A stretch of DNA of 64,000 nt, from IMG/VR virus record IMGVR_UViG_2599185261_000001, positions 2,531-66,530 of that record; one strand, 5' to 3'. The translations under genes and the position numbers were made by a program. This document shows positions 50,078 to 60,016 of the stretch, piece by piece; positions within the stretch are counted from its first letter, which is position 1; each line of letters opens with the position of its first letter. Below the pieces are notes generated by a model. It did no database searches. It saw nothing but the letters and a program-made list of their open reading frames with translations, and was not told the origin of the DNA. Source of the DNA: a virus.

Positions 50078-50881
50078 TTATTTTGAGTTTGCATTAAGCC
50101 ACGCAACGCGTTGCTCATCTGTTTTGCATTCTGCTAATGTTGCCGGCAGATTGCCATTTGGCTTACCTGTACCGCCTGCCCCAGTGCCCTGAGCCTGTGG
50201 CCAAAGATGCGGCGCTGTTTCTTTGGTTGATTCAATCCACTCTTGCACGGTTAGCGGTGTTCTGCCGTCCTTGCCATAAATAACTGAACCGTCCTTATCT
50301 AGTGCGACAGCCTCGCCATCATCACTGATTTTAAATACTGATTGAGCACGTAAAAGTAAGTCTTCATCAGCTCCAGAAAGGGCGCCGGCCTTGCTAGCAA
50401 TCCCACGAACTAAATCCCCAAGCATTCTTCCTTTGAATTTATTAGCGAATTCCCTCGCTGCTTGGAGTTCAGCATCTTTTGCTTGTAGTTGCTTTTCTGT
50501 GTCACTTCTAAAACGCTCTGTACGACGATTTATAACTTCATCAAAATTGCCCTCGGCAATTAACTTAGCCTCTTCATCGGTTTCAACGCGTTTCATTAGA
50601 GCTTTAAGGGCGACTGGATCGAATCCCTCAAAGTTTTTGAGTTGTTCAGCTTGCTCCTTAAGCTTGCCGTGCAACTCAGAATTTTTATTTTTAAGACCAG
50701 TAGTAACCTCGTTAATTTTCTTATCTATAATCGCTTGCACTTCTGGTGTAATTTCAGGGGCTTTTGGAGGGTTATTACCTCCATCACCAGAACCGCCACC
50801 ATCACCATCTCCATTTGCAGCATCTCTATATAAACGCCCTGCTGATTGAGCTTCAATAAGCATTCTTAAAAATTTATTCAT
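50078..50881 (-). CDS. Capsid scaffolding protein
   Basis: Coiled coil with GLKNKN.EL and APHLWP...G.GA; lies between minor head and capsid genes. Confidence 0.8.
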   Translation of the reverse strand: MNKFLRMLIEAQSAGRLYRDAANGDGDGGGSGDGGNNPPKAPEITPEVQAIIDKKINEVTTGLKNKNSELHGKLKEQAEQLKNFEGFDPVALKALMKRVETDEEAKLIAEGNFDEVINRRTERFRSDTEKQLQAKDAELQAAREFANKFKGRMLGDLVRGIASKAGALSGADEDLLLRAQSVFKISDDGEAVALDKDGSVIYGKDGRTPLTVQEWIESTKETAPHLWPQAQGTGAGGTGKPNGNLPATLAECKTDEQRVAWLNANSK

Positions 50882-50950
50882 TATTAATTTCCTATGTCTA
50901 TAAACGAAAAAACCCACTACGATGAGTGGGTTAGGTTGATTTAACTACTA

Positions 50951-52030
50951 TTATAAAATCTGTTTTAATTGCTCAAGTGTCAAAAACTCGCCATTGTCAG
51001 TGAACATCTTCTCGACTGTTACACCATCTTGAAGTAGCTTTGCTCGCTCTTTACCAAGTACTTGCACTTGGCGCTCAAATGATTGTCTTTGTAGCCAATC
51101 GCTGTACTTAGTATCTTCTGGTACTTGACCATCCATTGAAGCTCGTGTGCTAGGTTTAAGTTCTTTGAAATCAAACCCCATATCTTTCCATGATTTGAGT
51201 ATTGGTACCATTGTGCTTCTACAACAAAAGTGTGCTTTACCGGCACCGCCTAAATATGGTAATTCATGACCAATAGGCTTACCAGTTAAAGTGTATTCCT
51301 TACCATCTCTAGCGATACAAATTTTTGTGGTCCTTGTATCGAGAGTCGAACACCAAACTTGACCCTTAATATACTCCTCATTCTCCTTGAATAACTCAGC
51401 TCTTGTTGTAGATGCATAATGAGAAACTGCAGTTCTAACAATTGAATTCACATTCTTCCTGTTAATCTCAAGAATGCCATCTTTGTATTTATTTTTCTTT
51501 GTCCCCATGATTTTTCTAGCAATCTGCTGATTAGTTAATCCCTCAACATATCCACTATAAACTGTTTGAACTATTTTATTTAGGCTTGTCTCTGCTAATT
51601 TAGCGGCCCATTCACTTAGCAATCTACCTTGGAATGCCTTTTCTGCCGCAGTAATAGCAATAATACTTTCAGAAGCCGCAACAAATACTATTTGAGATAG
51701 AATTTCAACTGGTATCAATGCTGTAAATAAACTGTACTGTTTTTCATTTAGCGTACTAGAAAACTCTTCAAGCTCAGATTGCAACTCACTAAAACTCTTC
51801 TCTAATTGAGTAGAATATAATTCATTAATTGGCTCTAGGGCTGCTTCTATCTGAGATAAAGTCAATGAATACACATTTAAGTTATCTAAGGCATCTAGTA
51901 GCTCACGTTCAATTATTGGATCTAACTTCAATAGCAACTTTAGTATTCTTTGAGCTGCTGAACGACCATATCTATCTATGAATACATTTTGATAAATTAA
52001 ACCATCTAATATTTTCTGACTAAGGCTCAT
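50951..52030 (-). CDS. Minor head protein (SPP1 gp7 / Mu F family)
   Basis: IVRTA..H, W.STLD.RT..IC..RDG, HFCCRS. Confidence 0.9.
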   Translation of the reverse strand: MSLSQKILDGLIYQNVFIDRYGRSAAQRILKLLLKLDPIIERELLDALDNLNVYSLTLSQIEAALEPINELYSTQLEKSFSELQSELEEFSSTLNEKQYSLFTALIPVEILSQIVFVAASESIIAITAAEKAFQGRLLSEWAAKLAETSLNKIVQTVYSGYVEGLTNQQIARKIMGTKKNKYKDGILEINRKNVNSIVRTAVSHYASTTRAELFKENEEYIKGQVWCSTLDTRTTKICIARDGKEYTLTGKPIGHELPYLGGAGKAHFCCRSTMVPILKSWKDMGFDFKELKPSTRASMDGQVPEDTKYSDWLQRQSFERQVQVLGKERAKLLQDGVTVEKMFTDNGEFLTLEQLKQIL

Positions 52031-52038
52031 TTATCACC

Positions 52039-53406
52039 TCACAACAATTGCGTCTGTTGCTCTAACTCAGCCATTACCTCGTCAGGATTCGCCTCTGGGT
52101 CGATGATTTCAGCCTTTTGCAACTGATTAACCATATCGACTTTACGAATCGCCCCTTGTTGCCAAGCAGATACAAGCGTCATAACGTTTTGAGGATTGAT
52201 TTCGGTACCAATAAACTTGCGGTTAATCTCGAAAAGTATTTCTTCATCTTTGATGTTCATGTACTTAGCACAAAACTTGATAGCCTGAGTGTAGGCCTCT
52301 GAAACGTTTGATACGCACGTCGCCAAAACAGATGTTTGAGCGCTTGCGTCATTCTCGGCTTGTGTCGCTGTTTTATTGCTACTTTTAGCCTCAACCAATC
52401 TTGCGCCTAACATTACCATCAAATCTTGTTTATCTAACATAGCCTCGCGTACAAGTGGATTGGGTTGTGCTTGTGTGTAATTAAAAGCCCCACCTACAGG
52501 CAGTAACAAAGCATTCCTAGAGCCTATTTTTACACCTGATTTTTCAAGATGATTGCGCCACTCTTCAGTTAAACCACTAATTGACGGCTGAACTTGACCA
52601 CAGAAAAACACACTATCTTCATAATCCGCTGAATTACGATAGTGAGCAATATTCATATTCGCCAAATCTAATAGCGGTGATTCATCGATTGAAGAATCGT
52701 TATTTTGAGCCCCAACAAATGTACAAGGAATCTCATCCCATGCGCCACCTGCGGTAACATTTGGAGTGTATTCAGCATCAACAACAAACTCGCCTTTATC
52801 GTTTGCACGATGAACCCGACAAATAAACTTTCCATCTTCAATGGCCAGTTCGCGATATTGAGTAATTGATTTGAATCCGTAACCGTCAGCGACCTCAACA
52901 ATTTCTTTTAAAACCACCAGCACCAACTGATTACGGCCATTAACTCTATCTACTCGCCAGTTAATCACGTTTTCAGCAGGGTACGAGAATATTTGTGCTT
53001 GTTTCGATTGGTCGTTATAGTCAATGTAGAGAAAGTGCCTACCAACCTCTAAAACGTTCTCAAGTACGTTCTGCGCCTGTTGATAGATTGAAGTTCCCGA
53101 ACCATCAGCATTAGTTTTCAAAAAGTTTAATTTATCACTTACATTCATAAGTGGGTTCTTTCTAAATGCCATGCCAAGGTAACCATTTTTTGTTGTACCT
53201 GTGGCATTGAGAAATACAGCTCTTTCTAAATAGGATTTGTTTCTAGCATCGTTCTCTGGACTATCGTTAGTTGGGTCCAATTTAGGCAAATAGTCATTGC
53301 CCTTCTCTTTTACTGCTTGCTGACCACGACAAACATCTCTTACCAGTTGCCAAACTGGGTAAGCGCTTGTCAGCTCTGGTCTTGTAAATGTGATGTCGTT
53401 AGCCAT
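52039..53406 (-). CDS. Portal protein (DUF4055-like)
   Basis: Follows terL; YLP, Y..RA.F.N.T, PLLDLA..NI.HYR.SADYE. Confidence 0.88.
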   Translation of the reverse strand: MANDITFTRPELTSAYPVWQLVRDVCRGQQAVKEKGNDYLPKLDPTNDSPENDARNKSYLERAVFLNATGTTKNGYLGMAFRKNPLMNVSDKLNFLKTNADGSGTSIYQQAQNVLENVLEVGRHFLYIDYNDQSKQAQIFSYPAENVINWRVDRVNGRNQLVLVVLKEIVEVADGYGFKSITQYRELAIEDGKFICRVHRANDKGEFVVDAEYTPNVTAGGAWDEIPCTFVGAQNNDSSIDESPLLDLANMNIAHYRNSADYEDSVFFCGQVQPSISGLTEEWRNHLEKSGVKIGSRNALLLPVGGAFNYTQAQPNPLVREAMLDKQDLMVMLGARLVEAKSSNKTATQAENDASAQTSVLATCVSNVSEAYTQAIKFCAKYMNIKDEEILFEINRKFIGTEINPQNVMTLVSAWQQGAIRKVDMVNQLQKAEIIDPEANPDEVMAELEQQTQLL

Positions 53407-54896
53407 TAGTAAATAGTTCCTAAGTTGATTTCTGTCGCAAACTCGACCTTGTTTTTAACTGACACAGCGAAATATCTGAAAGCATCAGCACCATGCGATG
53501 TGTGATCGTGAAGTGGTTTATCTTTCCAACAACCGCGCTTGTCGTCCCATTCCTTGCGATAACCTTCAAGGTGTTTTATGCCCTGGTCGCACTTGGCGCT
53601 ATCGAATACGCAATGAGGTAATAACTCACGAACTGCCTCAATACCTGTATCCACGCTGACTTTAGGCGCAATCTTGAAAGAGACGCTATATATCTCACCG
53701 TCAATTTCATAACCTTGCCTTGCTATTTCTAATCGTGATTTAGCGTCACTCATCATTTCACGATTTTGAATATCATGCGGTGCGGTGTGACTGCCATACT
53801 CATAGCCTTTGTCTTTAAGCACTTTGAAGTAGTGTTTCATGCCCTCGCCACTGTTCTCGTAATAGTCAATGACGTGCCACTCGGTACCAATTTTCCTAAC
53901 AAACCAAATCGATGTAGAATCGCCCACACCTAAATCCCAGTAGGTATGCACTGGTTGATGTGAGTTTTCAGGTAGATTCTCAATTATTCGCTGATTAGCG
54001 TAGAGATATAAAAACTGTTTAGCGTAGTAAGCGCCCTCGATAGATTGCTTAAATGCTTCCTCTGGGATTGATGGGTACTCACGCATGATGTCCGCACCGA
54101 GCGTCTTTTCTTTCGCTTGGTACCACGCTTTTTGTTCTGGTGTTAATTTGATGCCATACTTTGATTCTAGCTCATCAAAGTACTCAATTAATCTGTCTGG
54201 TAACTTACTCGTCACTTCAAGCGAGTATTCAGGATTAAGCCACCATGAGAAGAAAAAGAATTTCCAGTCAAGTGGACTTAATGTGACACCCATTTTCAGC
54301 ATTTTTTCGGCTAATTGAGAGAACTCGAAGAAGTAACCACTTCGCCCCTCGGCTGTACTTTCAATTGTCGCAAAACAATCCTTTGACACTGCTTCAAGCG
54401 CACCAGTAACAATCTCTTGCGCCTTGTGCGGATACTTGGCGCATATCTTCCCAAACTCTGAAATGTGCAAATATCGTAAGGTACCGCCACGGAATGAGGT
54501 TGATACGGTTACCGAGCCGCCTTTTTGAAAGACTAGCTCACCTGCAGCATCGTTACTAGCAGGATTGGCTGCTTTGATTTCATCGGGTAGCTTATCGTAG
54601 GCGAATTTTACTTTCTCACGGAATAAACGTTTAGCATCAGGCAAGGTATGAGCAATCAGCGCACATTTAGCACCCTCAAACAGCGCCGCATCAAGTTGCA
54701 TGATACAAACCAGTGTCGTGAAACCTAACTGCCTTGCTTTTAGAATGATGTTGCGGTGATGAATACCCTCAAAATAAGCCAATTGCTCGGCTGTCATCTT
54801 GAATCGGACAATTTTACCTGACTTATCGACGATAAAGTAAAGATGGTTTAACCGCCAGAACTTATCGCTCAATAACTTGATATGTTCTGGTCTCAT
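53406..54896 (-). CDS. terL: Terminase large subunit
   Basis: ILKARQLGFTT (Walker A), LHISE (Walker B), ESTAEG, WDLG..D, H.ADAFRY. Confidence 0.95.
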   Translation of the reverse strand: MRPEHIKLLSDKFWRLNHLYFIVDKSGKIVRFKMTAEQLAYFEGIHHRNIILKARQLGFTTLVCIMQLDAALFEGAKCALIAHTLPDAKRLFREKVKFAYDKLPDEIKAANPASNDAAGELVFQKGGSVTVSTSFRGGTLRYLHISEFGKICAKYPHKAQEIVTGALEAVSKDCFATIESTAEGRSGYFFEFSQLAEKMLKMGVTLSPLDWKFFFFSWWLNPEYSLEVTSKLPDRLIEYFDELESKYGIKLTPEQKAWYQAKEKTLGADIMREYPSIPEEAFKQSIEGAYYAKQFLYLYANQRIIENLPENSHQPVHTYWDLGVGDSTSIWFVRKIGTEWHVIDYYENSGEGMKHYFKVLKDKGYEYGSHTAPHDIQNREMMSDAKSRLEIARQGYEIDGEIYSVSFKIAPKVSVDTGIEAVRELLPHCVFDSAKCDQGIKHLEGYRKEWDDKRGCWKDKPLHDHTSHGADAFRYFAVSVKNKVEFATEINLGTIY

Positions 54897-54899
54897 ACT

Positions 54900-55937
54900 C
54901 TACTCCGATAATCTATCCATTAATTCAGATAATGCGTTAACTGTGGCGTCACCTTTACCCTCTAAAATATTTTTAAGTCTCTGAATCTCTAATTGTTGTT
55001 TTTCTATACTTGTTTGCAGCGCTCGCTTAGTTAATTCACTGTCCTGCATACCTAAGTATCTGGCCAGCATTTTGGCAACTTCAACCTGTGAGTTCATCAT
55101 GATTTCGGTGCCATTTTTAGTTTGTTTGATACCTGCATACAAGCGCCTTGCTTGACGGCTTAAATCACGAGTATCTTTAAACAATACGCTACCAACCCCT
55201 TTACCTCTACACTTAGGGCAGTCAGGATTAGGATCCATTTCTTTATCGAAATTAAATCCGCCATCGCAGCTAGGCTCTGCTATATCTTTTGCAGCTGCTT
55301 CTTGTGCCGCTTCATCATATTCAACTTCATCTATCCACTGATACTGATGCCCCTTACCCCAGCAATGACGGCAATTAACGCGCCTATGCTCAACTAGCTC
55401 ATTTGGGTCCGCACTCAAGATATCTGACATCCAAACCAATACTGAATCAACAGTGATCTCAGTCCTTACCTGCCTTAAATCGAGCGCATCTTGGATGGGT
55501 TTGGCAATCTTAACTGTTCTTAACATCCTTGAGGCGCTAATATAAGCCACGTCATTTGTGCCCGTGTAACCTGCCTCTTTGTATGCTTTAATTCGGTCGC
55601 CTGTTCTAATATAAGTTTCTACAAACTTAATCTGCTTATCATTTAAACCATAATCAAGCAGGTTTATAACAAATCTATTTTGTGACGCTTCTTGTCCATT
55701 ACCAATCACATCTGCTTGAGGTATTTCTTGGTTAATAAGTTCGGATTTATCATTCAAACTTTTAGGTTTGATGTTTTTACGTTTTTTTACACCATCAAAC
55801 TTTTGCCAACCCTCAGCTTTTGCTTTTTTGTGAATTGCTGTGTCACTTATTCCATGAAGTTCAGCAAGAGCTCTAACGGATATTTTTGATGATGTATACT
55901 CTCGCTCAATTTTCTTCCAATCAATGCCGTTGCTCAT
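54900..55937 (-). CDS. terS: Terminase small subunit with HTH and Zn-binding insert
   Basis: N-terminal HTH, L..KQ..FV..Y, AY..AGY, CRHC and CPKC.G.G. Confidence 0.88.
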   Translation of the reverse strand: MSNGIDWKKIEREYTSSKISVRALAELHGISDTAIHKKAKAEGWQKFDGVKKRKNIKPKSLNDKSELINQEIPQADVIGNGQEASQNRFVINLLDYGLNDKQIKFVETYIRTGDRIKAYKEAGYTGTNDVAYISASRMLRTVKIAKPIQDALDLRQVRTEITVDSVLVWMSDILSADPNELVEHRRVNCRHCWGKGHQYQWIDEVEYDEAAQEAAAKDIAEPSCDGGFNFDKEMDPNPDCPKCRGKGVGSVLFKDTRDLSRQARRLYAGIKQTKNGTEIMMNSQVEVAKMLARYLGMQDSELTKRALQTSIEKQQLEIQRLKNILEGKGDATVNALSELMDRLSE

Positions 55938-55938
55938 A

Positions 55939-56193
55939 CTATTTTCCTTCTTTGTTGTTTAGATTGTCGAGCATGTATGTTATCGCTCGTATATCTCCTT
56001 TTTTAGCTTTTTTATATAACTCGTTGGTTAGATCGGCTATGACTAATGCCTTACCTCTGCGAATTGATTTTCTTATTTGATTGGTTAGCTCTTTATCGTT
56101 ATCGCAATTTAACTTTAAGATACTTTTTATCTGCTGTTCAGTTAAACCACGACCAGCTAACCCCTCAATTTTATCAAGTAAATTATCTTCCAC
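55939..56193 (-). CDS. Small HTH-like phage protein upstream of terS
   Basis: IEGLAGRGLT.QQI, IRRG.A, LY..A..GD.RA. Confidence 0.7.
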   Translation of the reverse strand: MEDNLLDKIEGLAGRGLTEQQIKSILKLNCDNDKELTNQIRKSIRRGKALVIADLTNELYKKAKKGDIRAITYMLDNLNNKEGK

Positions 56194-56278
56194 TTTTAGC
56201 CCCTCAAGGTCTCGAACTAAGCCGGTAGTTTCGCTAATATCGGCTTATATAACAAACACTACCGATAGTTGAGGATTA

Positions 56279-56506
56279 ATGATGAAAAAGAAAATTGATA
56301 CACTACGTGAATACGCAATGAATGAAGATTGGCACACAGCAATAAAATTAGCAGCATCTTTCCCTAGACTTGGAAATGAAAAAATAGCTATCACTCGCGC
56401 TAAAGAAGCTTTAGTGCGTCCTGATTTTCAAATTCAATTAGGGAGAAATCCTGATTTGTTACTTGCTGAGGGTATTAAAGCATTGAGAAATAAGTATTCG
56501 TTTTAA
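56279..56506 (+). CDS. Hypothetical protein, opposite to the late operon
   Basis: GAGG RBS; W..A..LAA.FPRLG, I.RA.EA...P.F..QLG..P. Confidence 0.7.
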   Translation: MMKKKIDTLREYAMNEDWHTAIKLAASFPRLGNEKIAITRAKEALVRPDFQIQLGRNPDLLLAEGIKALRNKYSF

Positions 56507-57957
56507 AGTACTTCCTCATCTACTTCACTGCCTATATCTTCTATTTCAATATCACCACAGGCTAAAGTGGCTTTTTTAGGGTCGCCTTTAACGAACACTA
56601 AAATATTTTGATGTGTTTTAGATAATTTACGACTTGCCTTAAATGTTCTTGATGCTGTCATAGCTACACCACCAACGCTTGTCGCTAATATGGCTTCATT
56701 ATAATAATCAGCGCCGGCATCAATAAATGCTTGAATCGTATCCGATACAAAGTTCCTATATATCCCTTTCTTGTCTCGTACATCACCCACAACAAAACAG
56801 GCGAAACGATCTTCTTTTAGCATTGAGACACATTCTTTAATTATTTGTCTGTACGCCTTTAGAAACTCAGGGTAATCCATTGTAGATAAATCATCTGGGT
56901 TATCTGAATAAACTTCTAAATCTGCATAAGGTGGGCAACTAAAAATAAGATCAGCTTGCGCATTATCTGCATGCTTCCTAATGTATGTGCTATCACCACA
57001 TTTCCAAATTGGTGTGTATTCATCATCTGGGCTTTTAATATCTTCCCACTGCTGAATATTTGCTGAAATCTGTTCAGCTCGTAAATCGCAACCAATATAA
57101 TTGCGTTTAGTCTTAGCTGCTACTACGCCACGAACAGAACCTCCTGAGAATGGGTCTAAAATTAAACCTCCTTCAGGGGAAAACCATCTATAAGCTAGCT
57201 CACATAGAACAGGATCAAATATACTTGTACCAGGTAATAATTTTACATCTGGGTTAGCTTCAAAGAATTCATCCCAAGAAACCTTTTTACCCACCTTTTC
57301 TTCATAACGATTTTTTTCATCATAAACTGCAGGTGGTTGGTGTGATTTATTGAATGTTAAACTTTCATCACGACCTTCTTCGGATTTAATGCCTAACGCT
57401 ATCCATTGTTTCTTTCGCTCTTGCCACTTTCCATCTCTGGCACTAAGTACTGTAAATGGAGGAAATAGAAATTTTTCAAATAATGACCCCGATTTATTAC
57501 CGCCAGATAGTTCGCCAATATCAACATCTGTTTTTAAGTCTAAAAGATCATCAATCTCTAGTTGAGTAAATCCTAATGTATCAATATCAAAACCTGACTC
57601 AATAAGCTCATTAATCTCAATCTTTAAAAGTTCTTCATTCCACCCTGCATTTAAAGGTAAACGATTATCAGCTATTCGATATGCTTGTTTCTGTGTTTCA
57701 GTCAAACCAGTAAGCATTATTGATGGCACTTCATCTAGTGCCAATCTTTCAGCGGCCATCAAACGACCGTGACCAGCGATTAATACTCCCTCCTCATCAA
57801 TTAGAACAGGATTAGTCCAACCAAATTCTTTTATACTCCCCATTAACTGGGTTACTTGTTCATCTGAGTGTGTTCTGGTGTTTCTTGCGTAAACAATCAG
57901 CTCTTTGACTGATTTATATTCGATTGATAGTGTATTGTTATTGTTTTTTGTTGTCAT
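56503..57957 (-). CDS. ParB-like N-terminal domain fused to an amino-DNA methyltransferase
   Basis: N.RTH...QV..L..SI.EFGW.NP.L...IAGHGR..AA, RIADN; DPFSGGS (motif I) and SCPPY (motif IV-like). Confidence 0.88.
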   Translation of the reverse strand: MTTKNNNNTLSIEYKSVKELIVYARNTRTHSDEQVTQLMGSIKEFGWTNPVLIDEEGVLIAGHGRLMAAERLALDEVPSIMLTGLTETQKQAYRIADNRLPLNAGWNEELLKIEINELIESGFDIDTLGFTQLEIDDLLDLKTDVDIGELSGGNKSGSLFEKFLFPPFTVLSARDGKWQERKKQWIALGIKSEEGRDESLTFNKSHQPPAVYDEKNRYEEKVGKKVSWDEFFEANPDVKLLPGTSIFDPVLCELAYRWFSPEGGLILDPFSGGSVRGVVAAKTKRNYIGCDLRAEQISANIQQWEDIKSPDDEYTPIWKCGDSTYIRKHADNAQADLIFSCPPYADLEVYSDNPDDLSTMDYPEFLKAYRQIIKECVSMLKEDRFACFVVGDVRDKKGIYRNFVSDTIQAFIDAGADYYNEAILATSVGGVAMTASRTFKASRKLSKTHQNILVFVKGDPKKATLACGDIEIEDIGSEVDEEVL

Positions 57958-57979
57958 TAAGGCATCCCTTGATTATGAT
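57951..57979 (+). promoter_or_regulatory. sigma70 promoter overlapping the methylase start codon, firing in the opposite direction
   Basis: TTGTCA (57951-57956), 17 bp, TATGAT (57974-57979). Confidence 0.7.
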
Positions 57980-57985
57980 ACCTGC

Positions 57986-58095
57986 GCTCTCGAGAGCAGG
58001 TGGGTCTTGGTTTGCGCTCATTAACTTAGGTGTGATGAGTGTAAATGGCTACTGATAATTCCAGTTATCAGTGGTCGCCCACTCCTCAAGAGCAG
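57986..58095 (+). ncRNA. Candidate structured small RNA (multi-stem)
   Basis: Closing stems plus two 13-bp hairpins with six G-U pairs that work only on the + strand; begins 7 nt after the -10 box. Confidence 0.6.
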
Positions 58096-58135
58096 TTTTA
58101 TATCTTATTTATTAATTTGTTATGTCCTATAAATG

Positions 58136-58160
58136 AAAAACCCACCGAAGTGGGTTTGTT
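58136..58160. terminator. Bidirectional-type terminator
   Basis: AAACCCAC-CGAA-GTGGGTTT. Confidence 0.7.
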
Positions 58161-58181
58161 AATTGGTGCTCATTAACTTTA

Positions 58182-58643
58182 CTAATTTGTTAGATCAAGC
58201 ATGCTCTTAGGTTTTGATTTCATTTCAACTGCATTTTGGATTGTAAACACAAGAAAATCTAAAATTTGCTCAGCCGCCCTAAATGCATCTGGATATGTAA
58301 AACCAATTTTATTAAATAGCTCTTTATCATTTAATATATTCGGCATTTCTACTACTTCAATTTTTGCTTTGCCTATTTGGCTTATTACTTTGTCTAGCAA
58401 AATTAAATTATACGAGATATCACCAAAGTGTTTAGTTTCGAAAACAATCGATATTATGTAAGTTAACCCCTTTTGTTTAGTTTTGCCACCTGTTTTTTTT
58501 AGTTTAATATCATCTAAGCCTATATTCTTTAGCTGCTCATGAATAGCACTTAAGACTCTCTTTTCTGTCTCGATTGCTTCCTCATGAAATTTTTCAATCT
58601 GTAAAACTTTATTCGGATAAGCTGTTTTTAGTTCACTCAACAT
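58182..58643 (-). CDS. Hypothetical moron protein
   Basis: AGGAG RBS, 153-aa ORF, AT-rich. Confidence 0.65.
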   Translation of the reverse strand: MLSELKTAYPNKVLQIEKFHEEAIETEKRVLSAIHEQLKNIGLDDIKLKKTGGKTKQKGLTYIISIVFETKHFGDISYNLILLDKVISQIGKAKIEVVEMPNILNDKELFNKIGFTYPDAFRAAEQILDFLVFTIQNAVEMKSKPKSMLDLTN

Positions 58644-58742
58644 AATTTGCTCCTTTTTGTCTGCTTTAAGAGCTTTATATATTGAGGGTAATAATATAAT
58701 TTCAATCTTTTTTCTTAAACAAAGTTGAAAATAAGATCAAAG

Positions 58743-59117
58743 TCACAGTTTTTCTCTTTTTTCTTTAATGCTCAAAACCTGCTTAACCACCCAATCACTC
58801 AAATAAGTCAAAGCTTCGTGATTATTAGCATCTAATTTAACACCTGCGTTCTCAAGAATTACCCAAGCTGCATGAATTGATTCGTGGCTAATTACATGGA
58901 ATGGGATATTGTCTATATCATCGAATATGATGATCACAGATAAAGTTCCATTATTACCAAAGGCCTTAATCGTCAATCCATTATAATCATTACCATATTG
59001 TTCAAAATCAATATTTTTGAAGTAGGATTTAGCAGCTTCAATTGATTCGCAGATACTAATATGCCCTGAGTAGATAGGAACTTTTAAGTGGACGATTGGC
59101 TTAGCAAGTTTCTTTAT
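58743..59117 (-). CDS. Hypothetical protein with HExxH motif (apparent ATA start)
   Basis: Frame open from ATA at 59117 downstream of GAGG; SHESIH...NHEALTYL. Confidence 0.6.
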   Translation of the reverse strand: MKKLAKPIVHLKVPIYSGHISICESIEAAKSYFKNIDFEQYGNDYNGLTIKAFGNNGTLSVIIIFDDIDNIPFHVISHESIHAAWVILENAGVKLDANNHEALTYLSDWVVKQVLSIKEKREKL

Positions 59118-59248
59118 TTTGGTTACCTCTAAAAATAATTATTAACATCAATTGAAAAGATAAATTTAAACCATATATATTAGTTTCGTCAGAAGATGCT
59201 ATCTTCTGTATTTTTCACTTTTATTAATTATTAAATGAGGTATTACTA

Positions 59249-59491
59249 ATGAGCAACGCATTAAGCCCACATAATAAAAAATTGTTAACAGGTTTTCTCA
59301 GTGATAAATCCTATACAACAAAAGATGTTAACGCTGGGATAAAATATTCACACCCTGATGGGAACGGGCCGCACTGCACAATTTACTTGAAAGCTGACGG
59401 AACAAACACTTATCAAGTTCAAACTGGTTCTAATTTAGCTGCTGCAGAAGAGTTAAATAAATTCATTCAGGTTTCTTTTGTTCAGAGCTAA
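59249..59491 (+). CDS. Hypothetical small protein, opposite to the late operon
   Basis: GAGG RBS, 80-aa ORF. Confidence 0.6.
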   Translation: MSNALSPHNKKLLTGFLSDKSYTTKDVNAGIKYSHPDGNGPHCTIYLKADGTNTYQVQTGSNLAAAEELNKFIQVSFVQS

Positions 59492-59805
59492 TTTGATAAA
59501 AACAGCATTTGTTTGGCTCTTAGAGCTTCAATCTCTCTGAGAGCCCTTTTATCTACATTGCATTGACCTAGCCTGCCTAATAACTCGATATTCAAGTCCA
59601 TACTAGCTCCAAAAGTTAGCGGTTCTGGAATAATCGGGATATTTACGTCAGCTAGCAAATTTGGGTCAGTTGGTTGATGCAGGGTTACGTATTCTGTCCG
59701 CGTACTGCCGCAACCTATCAGCAGCGGCATTAGGCACAAGAGTGTTAGAGCAATCAGCAGTTTTGATAATCGTTCTGACAATCTCTTTTGTTTGATTCTC
59801 ATCAT
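59488..59805 (-). CDS. Rz1: o-spanin lipoprotein (Rz1-like)
   Basis: Lipobox LLIGC, Pro-rich, L.QCN.DK..LR; overlaps Rz. Confidence 0.85.
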   Translation of the reverse strand: MMRIKQKRLSERLSKLLIALTLLCLMPLLIGCGSTRTEYVTLHQPTDPNLLADVNIPIIPEPLTFGASMDLNIELLGRLGQCNVDKRALREIEALRAKQMLFLSN

Positions 59806-60016
59806 CTGATAAATCCTTTTTGGTTTGGATAACTGCATTACTTACGGCATTCATAGATTGAGTAAAGGCTGACTGCAGTTTGATTGTTGTGTCGAGTTCA
59901 GTCACTTGGTCATTAGCGAGTGTTAGTCTATCTCTAAGGCTTAATGTGTAATTAACACCAAGAATCAATAGCCCAAAACCAACAACAGCCAATAAAATAA
60001 GATGGGCTTTACTCAT
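59666..60016 (-). CDS. Rz: i-spanin (Rz-like)
   Basis: N-terminal TM, coiled coil, C....VP.AAA..L. Confidence 0.82.
   Translation of the reverse strand: MSKAHLILLAVVGFGLLILGVNYTLSLRDRLTLANDQVTELDTTIKLQSAFTQSMNAVSNAVIQTKKDLSDDENQTKEIVRTIIKTADCSNTLVPNAAADRLRQYADRIRNPASTN

Noticed and set aside
57986..58095. tRNA gene
   Set aside because: Two long hairpins instead of three arms, no T-loop consensus and no CCA end.
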